This document shows positions 1 to 9,766 of a DNA stretch of 64,000 nucleotides, piece after piece; position 1 is the stretch's first letter, and each line of letters begins with the position of its first letter. The DNA is from Dehalococcoidia bacterium. GTDB taxonomy: Bacteria > Chloroflexota > Dehalococcoidia > Bin125. The stretch is from assembly GCA_963555985.3 (NCBI GenBank), contig OY820591.1:2112001-2176000 (forward strand). Reading direction: 5' to 3'. Both the position numbers and the translations under genes were made by a program. The notes beneath the pieces are model-generated. The model was not told the DNA's origin. It ran no database searches and was given only the letters and a program-made list of their open reading frames with translations.

Positions 1-381
1 CCCACGGACGACCTCGGCGTCATCCTGACCCACTGGCAAGAGCGCCCCGACCTCTGGTGCGAGGGCTACTCCCGCGTCGCAGATGTCGACACGGTCATGC
101 CCGTGCTTGCCGACCTCTGGGAGGGACGCCCAGAAGCGGACAAGGTCTTCCCCGTTGATCTCGAAGAAGCCCGCATTGCGCTCGCAACCGCCGAGTGGGC
201 GCTGAAGCTGTTCGACCTCGGCTTCTTCGAACTCCTCGACGAACTCACCCCCGAGGAAGAAGCAGAGGACTTGCGCATCGCCGAAATGCACGCCGAGCGC
301 AAGCGTCTCGGGGTGGAAGAGGAGAGCATCCCTTGGGAGGAAGTAGAAGAGCGCCTGGCCGCCCGCTGGCGTAAGGAATGA
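1..381 (+). CDS. 5'-truncated protein with an antitoxin-like acidic C-terminus
   Basis: Frame is open from base 1 and ends ...EEESIPWEEVEERLAARWRKE. The stop overlaps the ATG of the RelE-like gene (ATGA 378-381). Confidence 0.55.
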   Translation, partial: PTDDLGVILTHWQERPDLWCEGYSRVADVDTVMPVLADLWEGRPEADKVFPVDLEEARIALATAEWALKLFDLGFFELLDELTPEEEAEDLRIAEMHAERKRLGVEEESIPWEEVEERLAARWRKE

Positions 382-648
382 CAGACAAATCGCGGTCACC
401 CTACCGGGTCGTCACAAAACCGAGAGTTGAACGGCAGTTGGCGCGTCTCGGGAAGCGGGACCTTGCTTCAGTCAGGAAGAAGATTCGCCGTCGAGCCTCG
501 CCCGCGGCGAGTACTCAGACTCCGAGACAATGAGCATCGCGTGCGCCAGGGCAACCGGCGCATCTTCTACGAAATCGATGATGATGCGCGGGTGGTGACG
601 GTCACCGATGTCTTGCGACGGAACGAGCGCACCTACAGGGACCTCTAG
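378..648 (+). pseudogene. relE: Frameshifted RelE/ParE-family toxin
   Basis: ATG378 frame reads MTDKSRSPYRVVTKPRVERQLARLGKRDLASVRKKI and stops at 531. The +1 frame continues AVEPRPRRVLRLRDNEHRVRQGNRRIFYEIDDDARVVTV, a RelE-like C-terminal half. Confidence 0.75.
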
Positions 649-915
649 CCGCGCAACAGCGACCGACCAGATGATTGATATGGCTAGGCAAGCGCGAAAG
701 GCGGAACTAGGCCCCTGTCCTTCGCGCTCGGGCGGCGCTTGTGCGAACCCTTAGCAACGGGCGTCGCCTGCCCTTGAGCGCCCGGCTCTAGCCTTGCTTC
801 GCCGAGTGCTCACACCCCAGTCTAACTGGTCAACAGCCGACCTATCAACTCCTCCGTTCGCTAAACCTCCGTCGCAACGAGCGCACGTACCGTGACCTCT
901 AGCCCCGATCTGCAT

Positions 916-1365
916 CTACGAGAGACATTTGGCTACCAGAGCCGCCCAGCCGATGATCAGAGGGTTCAGAACGACGCGCCACACCAACTGACCGATCCGA
1001 ACACGCCCAGCCCCCCGCCTCGTCTGCCCCTCCAAGCACCCGATCCACGCCTCGATCTGCATCTCCCTCTCTCTGTCTCGATTCTCCGCTGAGCCGCACG
1101 GAAACTCAGACAGCACTGCCTCCAGGACTCTTCGCTGCTCGTCTGGTGAAGCACTGTTCAGTGCCGCCGCGAAACGATCGCGTTTCCTCTCGTTGGCTCG
1201 TCGGCGAACGCCGGGGTGATCAGCGGCAAGGCCGCAATCTCCTTCAAGAAACTTGGTCAACCGCTCGTGCGTGAGCGAGCCGAAGCCACGTTTGTCATCT
1301 CCAATCCAATTCTCAACGAGAAAATCGGCCGCTTCGGGCGGCAGCTCACGTGCGTTCCCTAACAT
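916..1365 (-). CDS. Hypothetical protein: N-terminus resembling abortive-infection (AbiJ/Abi_C-associated) N-terminal domains, plus a hydrophobic C-terminal tail
   Basis: FLVENWIG..G.....CGL...RDRFAAALNSASPDEQRRVLEAVLSEFP pattern recognised by eye; tail LVWRVVLNPLIIGWAALVAKCLS. Confidence 0.45.
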   Translation of the reverse strand: MLGNARELPPEAADFLVENWIGDDKRGFGSLTHERLTKFLEGDCGLAADHPGVRRRANERKRDRFAAALNSASPDEQRRVLEAVLSEFPCGSAENRDREREMQIEAWIGCLEGQTRRGAGRVRIGQLVWRVVLNPLIIGWAALVAKCLS

Positions 1366-1538
1366 GGCTCACTGACCTTTTCCGTCGGGATCCCCTGAAG
1401 GGTTTCGGCTCATACATTCCAGTGCTCCATTTTTCCTGCGCCGCCCTGTCTGGCGCGCAGGGTGACTCTACCAGGTCAGCAGAACGTCTCACAAAACCGA
1501 AATGTAAATTCCAGAGTACATAACGCATCAATCTTCCT

Positions 1539-4500
1539 TCACTCCAGCAATTCTCCCACCAACACCTCCACACGTTGACCCTCCTCCGACTCCGACAGCC
1601 ACTTGCGGAGCTCGCGGCGGGCGATGGTGACGGTGAAGGACTTCTTCGCCGCTGCGCGGGCGACTCTGAGGTCCGCCAACACGGACGCTGCGCTCGCCGC
1701 CGCAGAGGCGCCCGCAGCCGCAATCTCCTGATGCAGATCATCGGATTCGTCATAGGCCGGGATGGGCAGCCGCCAGAGGTGCTTGACTAGATCCCGTGCG
1801 CCGAACTGTCCTTTCGACATCAACGGTTCAACTGCATCTTCCAGCGTCCTACTGTTAATGATGGCAACGAGATAGTTTGCTTCATCCAAAGTATGCACTG
1901 GTACCCAGACGAGCCGTACATCAACAATTGCAGCTTCCGTCATGACCGCAGCGGTGGGGCGACCGGCTGCCCCGTAGACGACGCGGTAGGGCGTATCGGG
2001 CGTGGGCGCAAGTTGCGCGCTGAGCTTGTTGCCGTAGTCGAGCTGCGAGACCAAGTCGAGCTTCGTGTTGGGATTCTTGTGCTGGTCCCAAAGTCGGTTC
2101 ATCTCACGCCAGCGACGGCGCATGCGACTGCCGAGTGTGCCCGGATCGATCCCGTGCAGGCCCTCGCTCACCTTCGCCAACTCACGGCTGGCGCGAGAGA
2201 GCGGTAGGACAGCCCGCAACGGCTCCAACAGCACGTATGGAGCCAATGTCTCGCCCAGGTGAATGTCCTCTAAGTGCGTTGTTTCGATTGGCTGATTCGC
2301 GAGTGTGACCAACTCGAGGTCGCGCCACGGCGCGTTTTCCTGCCCGCTGCGACGCGGGGAGGTCATCTCGATCGGTTCTGCCTGAACGACCGCCGTCGGC
2401 TGTTCCAGGTTCACAAAGAAGAGGCTGCGGGGAATGATGATTGCACCCTGCCGCGCCACATCGCCGTAGGGGGACGCGAACCCGCTTGCCGTGCTGCTCA
2501 ATCCGACGCGCTCGCGACGGAATGGGCCGCCCGCCGGTCCGCGCCAGCGCAGGGCGGATGCAGCCAGACCGACCGCGCTGCCGGATGTCTTCCGCGCAAA
2601 CACGACGGAAGCAGGGATGGGGAAAAACGAATTGGGTTCGATCCGCTCAAGGTCCCATGGCAACTGGTGACTCAGGTCCGCAGTCGTATCGCCCCATGTC
2701 CCACGACGCCACTTTGCATACTGACCGCGTTGCAAGGCGCTGTGGGGCAACACCATCCCGGCCAATCCGCCCGGCTTGAGATAGAGGTCAACGCAGCGTG
2801 CGAAGAACATCCCGGAGATATCTTGCGTCGTCGCGAACTGGCGTCCCGCCCAGATGTCGTACTGTCGCCGGCTCTGTCGCTCGAGCTCAGCCCGCAGCAC
2901 GGCGTCGGTACTGCGGTACGAAATCCACGGAGGGTTGCCGACCACCACGTCGACGCCAATCTCGCGCAGCCAGATCGGGCGGACGAGGTTGCGCGTGTAG
3001 TAGGCCCAGATGTGATCGCGCCCTTGATCGTGCAAGCGCTTGAGGATGTCTACCGTCCGTTCGAGCATGGCTCGTTCATGCGGATCGTTGATGTTCGCAT
3101 CGTTTAGCGCCCAAATCGGATCACCGCCGCTTTCGAGCTCGCTCGCGATCCGTGCCATCAGCCGATCGAAGCGCGCCGGATGTTCGATCAGACGGCGCGG
3201 AAATTCGAGCGCCAGATCCTCACCGTTGGCGTCGTAGTCAATGCGGAGCATCACGCTGCTGTTGGCGAACAGGCCGAACGATTCGGTGCGCAGTTGCAGC
3301 GAGTCACCGAGATAGATCGGTACGGAGACTTCGATCTGTGCTCCCCGTGCAGCTGCAATCGCGTCGCGTGCGGCCAGCGTCCACGTTGCCCGCGCCAGAT
3401 GCACCGCGACCGGATGCACGTCGATCCCCACCACAGAATTGAGCAGGCCGTCCAGCGTCTGCGCGGGCGCGCGCCCGGCCTCCGACGCCGCGCTCAGGTA
3501 CTTGCGCACGGCGGCGAAGATGAACGAGCCGGAGCCGCAGGCCGGATCGAGCACGCGCTGATTGAGCGGATCGCTCACGACCGCGTCCACAATCGCCCGC
3601 GCTAGCCAGTCGGGCGTGTAGTACTCCCCCAGCCGCCGCCGGTCGTCCGCCGGGATCACCGCCTCGTACAGAATCCGCGCGATGTCCGATTCCGCCTGCG
3701 ACCACTCGAACCAGCCGATCCGCTGGGCCAGATCGCGCAGCCAGGCTTCGCCCCCGACCTCGACCGGCCAGGTGAAGAAGTCCGACTCGATCACGCCGCT
3801 CACACCGGTCTGGTCGACGAACAGCTGCCCGCCCAGCAGCCGCGCCGGATCGCTCTGCGCCGCCTCCTCAATCGGGATGCCGAACGCCGATTGCACCGCC
3901 AGTCCGACCACGACTGAGAGATACGTGTGCCGCACGAAGAGCCGGTCGAGGTCGGGCTCCTCCGCAATCACCTGTCCCAGCGCCGCCGCCAGCAGCCGCC
4001 GCCAGAGGTCGCGCTTGACCGCAATCGTGGGATCGTCGCGGCTCGCCTGGTAGAGCGCGTCCAGCGCCTCAATATGCCGCTCGAAGCGAGGCCCTTCCCC
4101 CAGCCGCGAGCGAATCTCGTCGTCCGTCGGTGCTACGCCCCGCGCCTCCAGCGCCTGCGACTGATCCCGCAGCCACTCATACAGCGCCAGGCCGTGCTCG
4201 GCGTCGCGCAGGGTGAAAGCGTGCGGCGCCTGCGTCCGTACCGGCCCCATCCCGGGCCAGCGCAAGATCCAGTACTTGCCGTCGGTCAGAATGCCGAAGC
4301 GCTGCGGCTGTCCACCTTTGACCGCCGCCGCGAGATAGTCGTCCAACTGCTGCACGTGCGCGGGATCGGGCTGGATCCGGTTCCCGATCCGCACCTTGAA
4401 CTCGATGATCAGATCGCGCGTGCGCAAATCCGTCCGCCCGCCCGCGCCCGCCGCCGGCGCCTGCTCCATCTCGATCTCGGAAACCCCCGCCAACCCCGTC

Positions 4501-4613
4501 CCAATCAGAAAGTCCCGCACCGCCACGCCGATCTCCGCCTCCGCCACGCCCGCCTTCTCATGCCGCTCCAGCACACCCCGCGCATACTCGTTGCAAAGCT
4601 CAGGACTCGCCAT
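1539..4613 (-). CDS. Single-chain restriction-modification enzyme (Type IIG-like): endonuclease + N6-adenine MTase + target-recognition region
   Basis: PD-(D/E)xK-like RTDLRTRDLIIEFK and ILTDGKYW; GEYYTP; motif I VLDPACGSGSF; motif IV GNPPW; 1024 aa. Confidence 0.88.
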   Translation of the reverse strand: MASPELCNEYARGVLERHEKAGVAEAEIGVAVRDFLIGTGLAGVSEIEMEQAPAAGAGGRTDLRTRDLIIEFKVRIGNRIQPDPAHVQQLDDYLAAAVKGGQPQRFGILTDGKYWILRWPGMGPVRTQAPHAFTLRDAEHGLALYEWLRDQSQALEARGVAPTDDEIRSRLGEGPRFERHIEALDALYQASRDDPTIAVKRDLWRRLLAAALGQVIAEEPDLDRLFVRHTYLSVVVGLAVQSAFGIPIEEAAQSDPARLLGGQLFVDQTGVSGVIESDFFTWPVEVGGEAWLRDLAQRIGWFEWSQAESDIARILYEAVIPADDRRRLGEYYTPDWLARAIVDAVVSDPLNQRVLDPACGSGSFIFAAVRKYLSAASEAGRAPAQTLDGLLNSVVGIDVHPVAVHLARATWTLAARDAIAAARGAQIEVSVPIYLGDSLQLRTESFGLFANSSVMLRIDYDANGEDLALEFPRRLIEHPARFDRLMARIASELESGGDPIWALNDANINDPHERAMLERTVDILKRLHDQGRDHIWAYYTRNLVRPIWLREIGVDVVVGNPPWISYRSTDAVLRAELERQSRRQYDIWAGRQFATTQDISGMFFARCVDLYLKPGGLAGMVLPHSALQRGQYAKWRRGTWGDTTADLSHQLPWDLERIEPNSFFPIPASVVFARKTSGSAVGLAASALRWRGPAGGPFRRERVGLSSTASGFASPYGDVARQGAIIIPRSLFFVNLEQPTAVVQAEPIEMTSPRRSGQENAPWRDLELVTLANQPIETTHLEDIHLGETLAPYVLLEPLRAVLPLSRASRELAKVSEGLHGIDPGTLGSRMRRRWREMNRLWDQHKNPNTKLDLVSQLDYGNKLSAQLAPTPDTPYRVVYGAAGRPTAAVMTEAAIVDVRLVWVPVHTLDEANYLVAIINSRTLEDAVEPLMSKGQFGARDLVKHLWRLPIPAYDESDDLHQEIAAAGASAAASAASVLADLRVARAAAKKSFTVTIARRELRKWLSESEEGQRVEVLVGELLE

Positions 4614-4660
4614 ACCTCCATCCTAATTCCCTTCTCCCCCGCACCGCAGAGGCCAAACCC

Positions 4661-4726
4661 CTCTCCCCCTTGAGAGCCTGTCCCCGCGCAGGCGGGGAGG
4701 GAGATGCCCCGCAGGGGCAGAGGGGG
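4661..4726 (+). repeat. Family-B double-hairpin repeat with a nested palindrome
   Basis: CTCTCCCCCTTGA[GAGCCTGTCCCCGCGCAGGCGGGGA]GGGAGATGCCCCGCAGGGGCAGAGGGGG. Confidence 0.8.
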
Positions 4727-4755
4727 TGAGACGCCCCGCAAAGCGCTCGCCAACA

Positions 4756-4859
4756 CTCCGTCATTGCCGCGCCCCGTCGCGGCAATCTCGATGTGTGTTG
4801 CCCTGACCGTCTGTGCGCGACTCAGCGAGATACCCGCGGCAGGCGCGGGTATGACGGAG
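4756..4859. repeat. Family-A CGTC-tagged REP-like doublet
   Basis: CTCCGTCATTGCCGCG..CGCGGCAATCTC ... GAGATACCCGCG..CGCGGGTATGACGGAG. Confidence 0.85.
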
Positions 4860-4914
4860 GTAGGAGCAGCCTGGCTGAGAACGCTCCAACCCACCCCCTG
4901 CCTACACTGACCCC

Positions 4915-5790
4915 ATGTCCTCAACCGGCGCCTCCTGCTACCGACACGACGAACGCTGGGCCGGCGTGCTCTGCCAGCGCTGTTCCCGTCCGATCTGCCC
5001 CGAGTGCATGATCGAGGCTGCGGTCGGTTTCCAGTGCCCCGAATGCGTCCAGGAGGGCCGCCGCCGCACCCGCCAGTGGTCCACCGCCTCCCCCATTCGC
5101 GTCACCCAGGCGCTGGTCATCATCAACGTCGTGGTCTGGCTCGTCGTCGCCGTCTACACCGGCGACCTCTCGATCTGGAGCGGGCGCGCCACTTCCGTCC
5201 ACCGCGACTTCGCCCTCCACGGATTCCCGGTCCAGGACGGCGAGTACTGGCGGCTCTTCACCTCCGCCTTCCTCCACTACGGACTCTTCCACCTCGCCAT
5301 GAACATGATCATCCTGGTCTGGTTGGGGCGGCTGCTCGAACCCGCCATCGGCGGCCCGCGCCTGCTCCTGCTCTATGCCGTCTCGCTCTGCGGCGGCGCG
5401 CTCGGCGCGCTGCTGGTCGAACCTGACGGCCTCACCGCCGGCGCCTCGGGCGCGGTCTTCGGCCTCGCCGGGGCAGTCGTCATCGCCGAGCGCGCCTCCG
5501 GCCTCCGCTGGCAGGAGTCCGGCATCCTGATTTTCCTTGTGCTCAACATCGTGATCTCACTCTTCGTGCCGCGCATCTCCCTGGGCGGACACCTCGGCGG
5601 CATGATCGTCGGCGCGCTCGCCGCCCTGATCCTCTGGGGCTTCCCTAACTGGTCGGGCTTCATTCGTACCGCGACACAGATCAAGCTGCTGCGGCCCTTG
5701 CCGGAGTTGTTGGTCTTCGCACTGGGCGCCGTCGCGATCTACCTCGCCATCGCCGTCGCCGCCCCCCGCTGGTACGACCCAATCTTCTGA
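4915..5790 (+). CDS. Rhomboid intramembrane serine protease with an N-terminal Cys-rich zinc finger
   Basis: CYRH..CQRC..ICPEC..QCPEC; WRLFTSAFLH, HLAMNM, GASG, GHLGG. Confidence 0.92.
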   Translation: MSSTGASCYRHDERWAGVLCQRCSRPICPECMIEAAVGFQCPECVQEGRRRTRQWSTASPIRVTQALVIINVVVWLVVAVYTGDLSIWSGRATSVHRDFALHGFPVQDGEYWRLFTSAFLHYGLFHLAMNMIILVWLGRLLEPAIGGPRLLLLYAVSLCGGALGALLVEPDGLTAGASGAVFGLAGAVVIAERASGLRWQESGILIFLVLNIVISLFVPRISLGGHLGGMIVGALAALILWGFPNWSGFIRTATQIKLLRPLPELLVFALGAVAIYLAIAVAAPRWYDPIF

Positions 5791-5807
5791 GCAAACCCGA
5801 TCCTGCC

Positions 5808-5832
5808 CGAACAAAATCGAACGCAACCGAAC
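5808..5832 (+). repeat. 10-bp-phased CGAAC array
   Basis: CGAAC at 5808, 5818, 5828. Confidence 0.55.
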
Positions 5833-5894
5833 AAATCACACCGAGCGGGTATCCTCCCCAGCGAACACCGAACGGACACGGGAAGAGGGCCAAG

Positions 5895-6671
5895 ATGAGC
5901 GACCGCTTCGAAGGACAAGTAGCAATCGTGACCGGCGCAGCCGGAGGCATCGGCCGCGCGGCCTGCGCCCGTTTCGCCGCCGACGGCGCAAAAGTCGTCG
6001 CCGTCGACCTGGCCGGCTCCGACCTCGACGAAACGATCGCCGCAGTCGCCAACGCCGGCAGCGAAGCCCTCGCCGTCGAAGCCGACGTCACTCAAGGTGC
6101 TGACGCCGCACGTTATGTGAGTGAAGCAGTCGAGCGCTTCGGCCGCGTGGACGCCTTCTTCAACAACGCCGGGATCGAGGGCATTCGCTCCCCGCTCTGG
6201 GAACTGGACGAAGACAACTTCGACCGCGTGATCGCGGTCAACCTCAAAGGCGTTTGGCTTGGGATGAAATACGTCGCCCCTGCGATGCGAGAGTCCGGCG
6301 GCGGCGCAATCGTCAACACCGCCTCCGTCGCCGGCCTCAGCCCCACGCCGGGCATCATCGCCTACGGCGCGAGCAAGCACGCCGTGGTCGGCATGACCAA
6401 ATCGGCAGCGCTCGAACTCGCACCCGAGATTCGCGTCAACGCCGTCTGCCCCGGTCCCATCCAGACCCGAATGATGCGCAGCCTCGAGCGCCAGTTCGAT
6501 CCCGACAACCCCCAGGGCGTCCACGACGCCTTCGCCGCAGGCATCGCCCTCGGCCGCTACGGAGAGCCCGAAGAAGTCGCCGCCCTGGTCACCTGGCTCT
6601 GCTCGGACGACAGCCGCTACATCAACGGTGCAATGCACACGATCGACGGCGGCGGCGGTCTGCGGGGCTAA
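5895..6671 (+). CDS. SDR family oxidoreductase
   Basis: TGAAGGIG, NNAG, YGASK. Confidence 0.95.
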   Translation: MSDRFEGQVAIVTGAAGGIGRAACARFAADGAKVVAVDLAGSDLDETIAAVANAGSEALAVEADVTQGADAARYVSEAVERFGRVDAFFNNAGIEGIRSPLWELDEDNFDRVIAVNLKGVWLGMKYVAPAMRESGGGAIVNTASVAGLSPTPGIIAYGASKHAVVGMTKSAALELAPEIRVNAVCPGPIQTRMMRSLERQFDPDNPQGVHDAFAAGIALGRYGEPEEVAALVTWLCSDDSRYINGAMHTIDGGGGLRG

Positions 6672-6708
6672 AGGATCGGAACTGCGACGATCGGCAGTCG
6701 CAGCGTCC

Positions 6709-7764
6709 CTACTCCACCTGCCACGTCGACCGACCCCGCAGCAGTTGGGCCACGTCGGACTGGCTCTTGAACTTGGCGACCTCGATCTGGCCGTCGATGT
6801 AGTCGGAGTAGGTGGGCAACTGCACCTGGCGGATCACACCCATCGGCACCGGCATCTCCGGGTACTGGCAGCGCGCCAACAGCTGATGCACGTCGGGGCT
6901 GGGGCGGGTCGCGTCGTGAGTTAGGAGCAGGCCCGCGTCGGGGCCGTCCGAGTCAACTACGCGCAGCCCAGTCGCGCTGACCGCCAAGCCCTTGTTGCGG
7001 TTCTCGCCGAAGAGCATCGGCTGTCCGTGCTCGAGGTAGAGCAGGCGCTCGTTGCGCACGTCGCGGTCGGTGTAGGCGCGGAAGGCGCCGTCGTTGAAGA
7101 TGTTGCAGTTCTGCAAGATTTCGACGAAGGCCGCGCCCTTATGTCGGGCCGCCGCCTCAATCGTCGCGGTCAGGTGCTTGGGATCAGTGTCGAAGGTGCG
7201 AGCAACAAAGGTCGCTTCCGACGCCAACGCCACCGAGAGCGGGTTGAGTGGGCGCTCAGTCGTGCCCATCGGCGAGGACTTGGTCACCTTGGCCAGCTCG
7301 GAGGTGGGCGAGTACTGACCCTTGGTCAGGCCGTAGATGCGGTTGTTGAAGAGGAAGATCTTGACCTCGACATTGCGCCGCAGCACGTGCAGCAGATGGT
7401 TGCCGCCGATCGAGAGCGCGTCGCCGTCGCCGGTGATCACGAACACCATCAGGTCGGGGCGCGCCAGCTTGAGTCCGGTCGCGAGCGTCGGCGCGCGCCC
7501 GTGGATCGAGTGGATGCCGTAGGTGTCCATGTAGTAGGGGAAGCGTGAGGAGCAGCCGATCCCGGAGACGAAGACCATCTTCTCGGGTGCGACGTTGAGA
7601 TTGGACATCGCGCGCTGCATCTGCGCAAGCACCGAATAGTCGCCGCAGCCGGGGCACCAGCGGGTATCGACGTCCGAGGCATAGTCCTTCCGCGTCAGGG
7701 CAATCTCCGACTGCGGAATGACCGTGCCCGCCTGACTCGTGATCGGCGGCGTCTGGAGGACCAT
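6709..7764 (-). CDS. korB: 2-oxoacid:ferredoxin oxidoreductase beta subunit
   Basis: WCPGCGD, SGIGCSS, GDGD TPP motif. Start set at MVLQ after a GGGAG RBS. Confidence 0.93.
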   Translation of the reverse strand: MVLQTPPITSQAGTVIPQSEIALTRKDYASDVDTRWCPGCGDYSVLAQMQRAMSNLNVAPEKMVFVSGIGCSSRFPYYMDTYGIHSIHGRAPTLATGLKLARPDLMVFVITGDGDALSIGGNHLLHVLRRNVEVKIFLFNNRIYGLTKGQYSPTSELAKVTKSSPMGTTERPLNPLSVALASEATFVARTFDTDPKHLTATIEAAARHKGAAFVEILQNCNIFNDGAFRAYTDRDVRNERLLYLEHGQPMLFGENRNKGLAVSATGLRVVDSDGPDAGLLLTHDATRPSPDVHQLLARCQYPEMPVPMGVIRQVQLPTYSDYIDGQIEVAKFKSQSDVAQLLRGRSTWQVE

Positions 7765-7891
7765 CTCGTTCTCCCTTGATCGCTCCGCATTCCGGCGGAG
7801 CGTCTCGCGCGCGCGGCTGATCACGGGCGCGACGCGCAGGTTACAGGTTACTCCCGTAGTTCGATAGACGGCAGGTGTACAGGCGCACCGC

Positions 7892-9766
7892 CTACTCCGC
7901 AGCGATCCGGCGGATTGCGCCTTCCAACATGCGGGCCGAGAGCGGCTGGCCGGTGACCTCGTTGTAGCCCTTCGCATCGACGAGGAACTCGGCGCGAATC
8001 AGCAGGCGTAATTGACCGGTGTTGGCCTCGGGCACTAGGACCTTGCGGTAGCGCGAAAGCACGTCGCCGAGGTTGAGCGGGAACGGGTTGAGGTATTGCA
8101 AGTGCGCGTGCGCGACATCAATCCCGTCGGCGCGCGCGTCGTGCACGGCGGTGAAGACCGAGCCGTAGGTGCTGCCCCAGCTGAGCACGAGCAGATCACC
8201 CGACTCGGGGCCGTCCACCTCGACCGCCGGAATGTCGTTCGCGATCCGGCGGATCTTCTCCGCGCGGAGGTCGGTCATGCGCTGGTGGTTCTCCGGCGAG
8301 TAGGCGACATCACCGGTGATGTCGGCCTTCTCCAGACCGCCGATCCGATGCTCGTAGCCCTTCAAACCCGGCGGCACGAACATGCGCGCACCGGTCTCCG
8401 GATTCCGCGCGTAGGGCTGGAACTCTTCCGGCGGCGGTGGGAGGTGGTGGGTCGAGATGGGCGCGAGTTGCGTCACGTCAGGTACGGGCCAGGGTTCTGC
8501 CGTATTCGCCAGATACGTGTCCGACAACAGCACCACCGGGGTGACGTACTTGAACGCGATCCGCACCGCTTCCAGCACCATGTAGAAGCAGTCACCCGGA
8601 CTCTTGGCGGCGAGCACGCAGAGCGGACTTTCGCCGTTGCGTCCGAACATCACCTGCAACAGGTCGGTCTGTTCCGTCTTGGTCGGCATACCCGTAGACG
8701 GCCCGGAGCGCTGGACATCGAGCACGAGCAGCGGCAGCTCGGTCATCACGGCGAGATTGAGCGCTTCGCTCTTCAGCGCGATCCCGGGACCGCTGGTGCC
8801 GGTCACGCCCAGCCCGCCGCCGTAGGCGGCGCCGATCGCCGAACCGATCGCGGAAATCTCGTCTTCCGCCTGGAAGGTGCGGACGCCGTACTCGCGCAGC
8901 GCGGCCAGTTCGACCAGCACATCGGAGGCGGGCGTAATCGGATAGGAGCCGTAGAACAGCTCCAGGTCGGTCAGGTGCGAGGCCGTGATCAGACCCAGCA
9001 CGAGCGCCTGGTTGCCGGTGATCGTGCGGTACTCGCCGGGCGTGAGCACGGCCGGGGGCACACGAACGTGCGCATCGGCGACCTCGATCGTCTCGCCGTA
9101 AGCGTGGCCGGCGTGCAAGGCGCGGACGTTGGCCTCGGCCACCGCCGGGAGGCGTCCGAAGCGCTGCTGAATCCAGTCCAGCGTCGGCTGGAGGTCGCGG
9201 TCGTAGAGCCAGTAGACCAGGCCCAGCGCGAAGAAGTTCTTGGTGCGCTCCGCGTTCTGCGTAGAGAGCCCCAAGTCTTCGACCGCTGCGACGGCTGAGG
9301 TCGTGATCGGCGCTTTGATGATCCGGTAACCCTCCAGCGAGCCGTCGTTCAGCGGGTTGCTGGGATAACCCGCCTTCTTCAGGTTGCCGGGCGTGAACGC
9401 ATCCTGGTTCACGACCAAGAGGCCACCTTTGGTCAGCGCTGAGAGGTGGGACTTGAGCGCGGCGGGATTCATCGCCACAAGCGTGTCCGGCTCGTCGCCC
9501 GGGGTGAAAATCTGATACTTCGAGAACGAGATCTGGAACGAACTGACGCCGGCCAACGATCCCGCAGGCGCGCGAATCTCGGCGGGGAAGTCCGGCAGGG
9601 TGGAGAAGTCGTTACCGAAGATCGCGGTCGCGTCGGCGAAGCGGTTGCCCGCCAACTGCATCCCGTCGCCGGAGTCGCCCGCAAAGCGGACGGTGACGCG
9701 CTCGCGCTCCTGGATCGGCGTGTTGGTGTTGCCCGATCCGTTCGCCTGCGTTGAAGTGGTGGTCAT
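7892..9766 (-). CDS. korA: 2-oxoacid:ferredoxin oxidoreductase alpha subunit (with fused gamma domain)
   Basis: AGDSGDGMQ, FPAEIRAP, YPITPAS, EDEI, TSGPG. Confidence 0.95.
   Translation of the reverse strand: MTTTSTQANGSGNTNTPIQERERVTVRFAGDSGDGMQLAGNRFADATAIFGNDFSTLPDFPAEIRAPAGSLAGVSSFQISFSKYQIFTPGDEPDTLVAMNPAALKSHLSALTKGGLLVVNQDAFTPGNLKKAGYPSNPLNDGSLEGYRIIKAPITTSAVAAVEDLGLSTQNAERTKNFFALGLVYWLYDRDLQPTLDWIQQRFGRLPAVAEANVRALHAGHAYGETIEVADAHVRVPPAVLTPGEYRTITGNQALVLGLITASHLTDLELFYGSYPITPASDVLVELAALREYGVRTFQAEDEISAIGSAIGAAYGGGLGVTGTSGPGIALKSEALNLAVMTELPLLVLDVQRSGPSTGMPTKTEQTDLLQVMFGRNGESPLCVLAAKSPGDCFYMVLEAVRIAFKYVTPVVLLSDTYLANTAEPWPVPDVTQLAPISTHHLPPPPEEFQPYARNPETGARMFVPPGLKGYEHRIGGLEKADITGDVAYSPENHQRMTDLRAEKIRRIANDIPAVEVDGPESGDLLVLSWGSTYGSVFTAVHDARADGIDVAHAHLQYLNPFPLNLGDVLSRYRKVLVPEANTGQLRLLIRAEFLVDAKGYNEVTGQPLSARMLEGAIRRIAAE

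Noticed and set aside
1346-1528. Small minus-strand ORF MRYVLWNLHFG... after the R-M gene
   Set aside because: It has an RBS-like sequence but no recognisable motif, so it cannot be supported.
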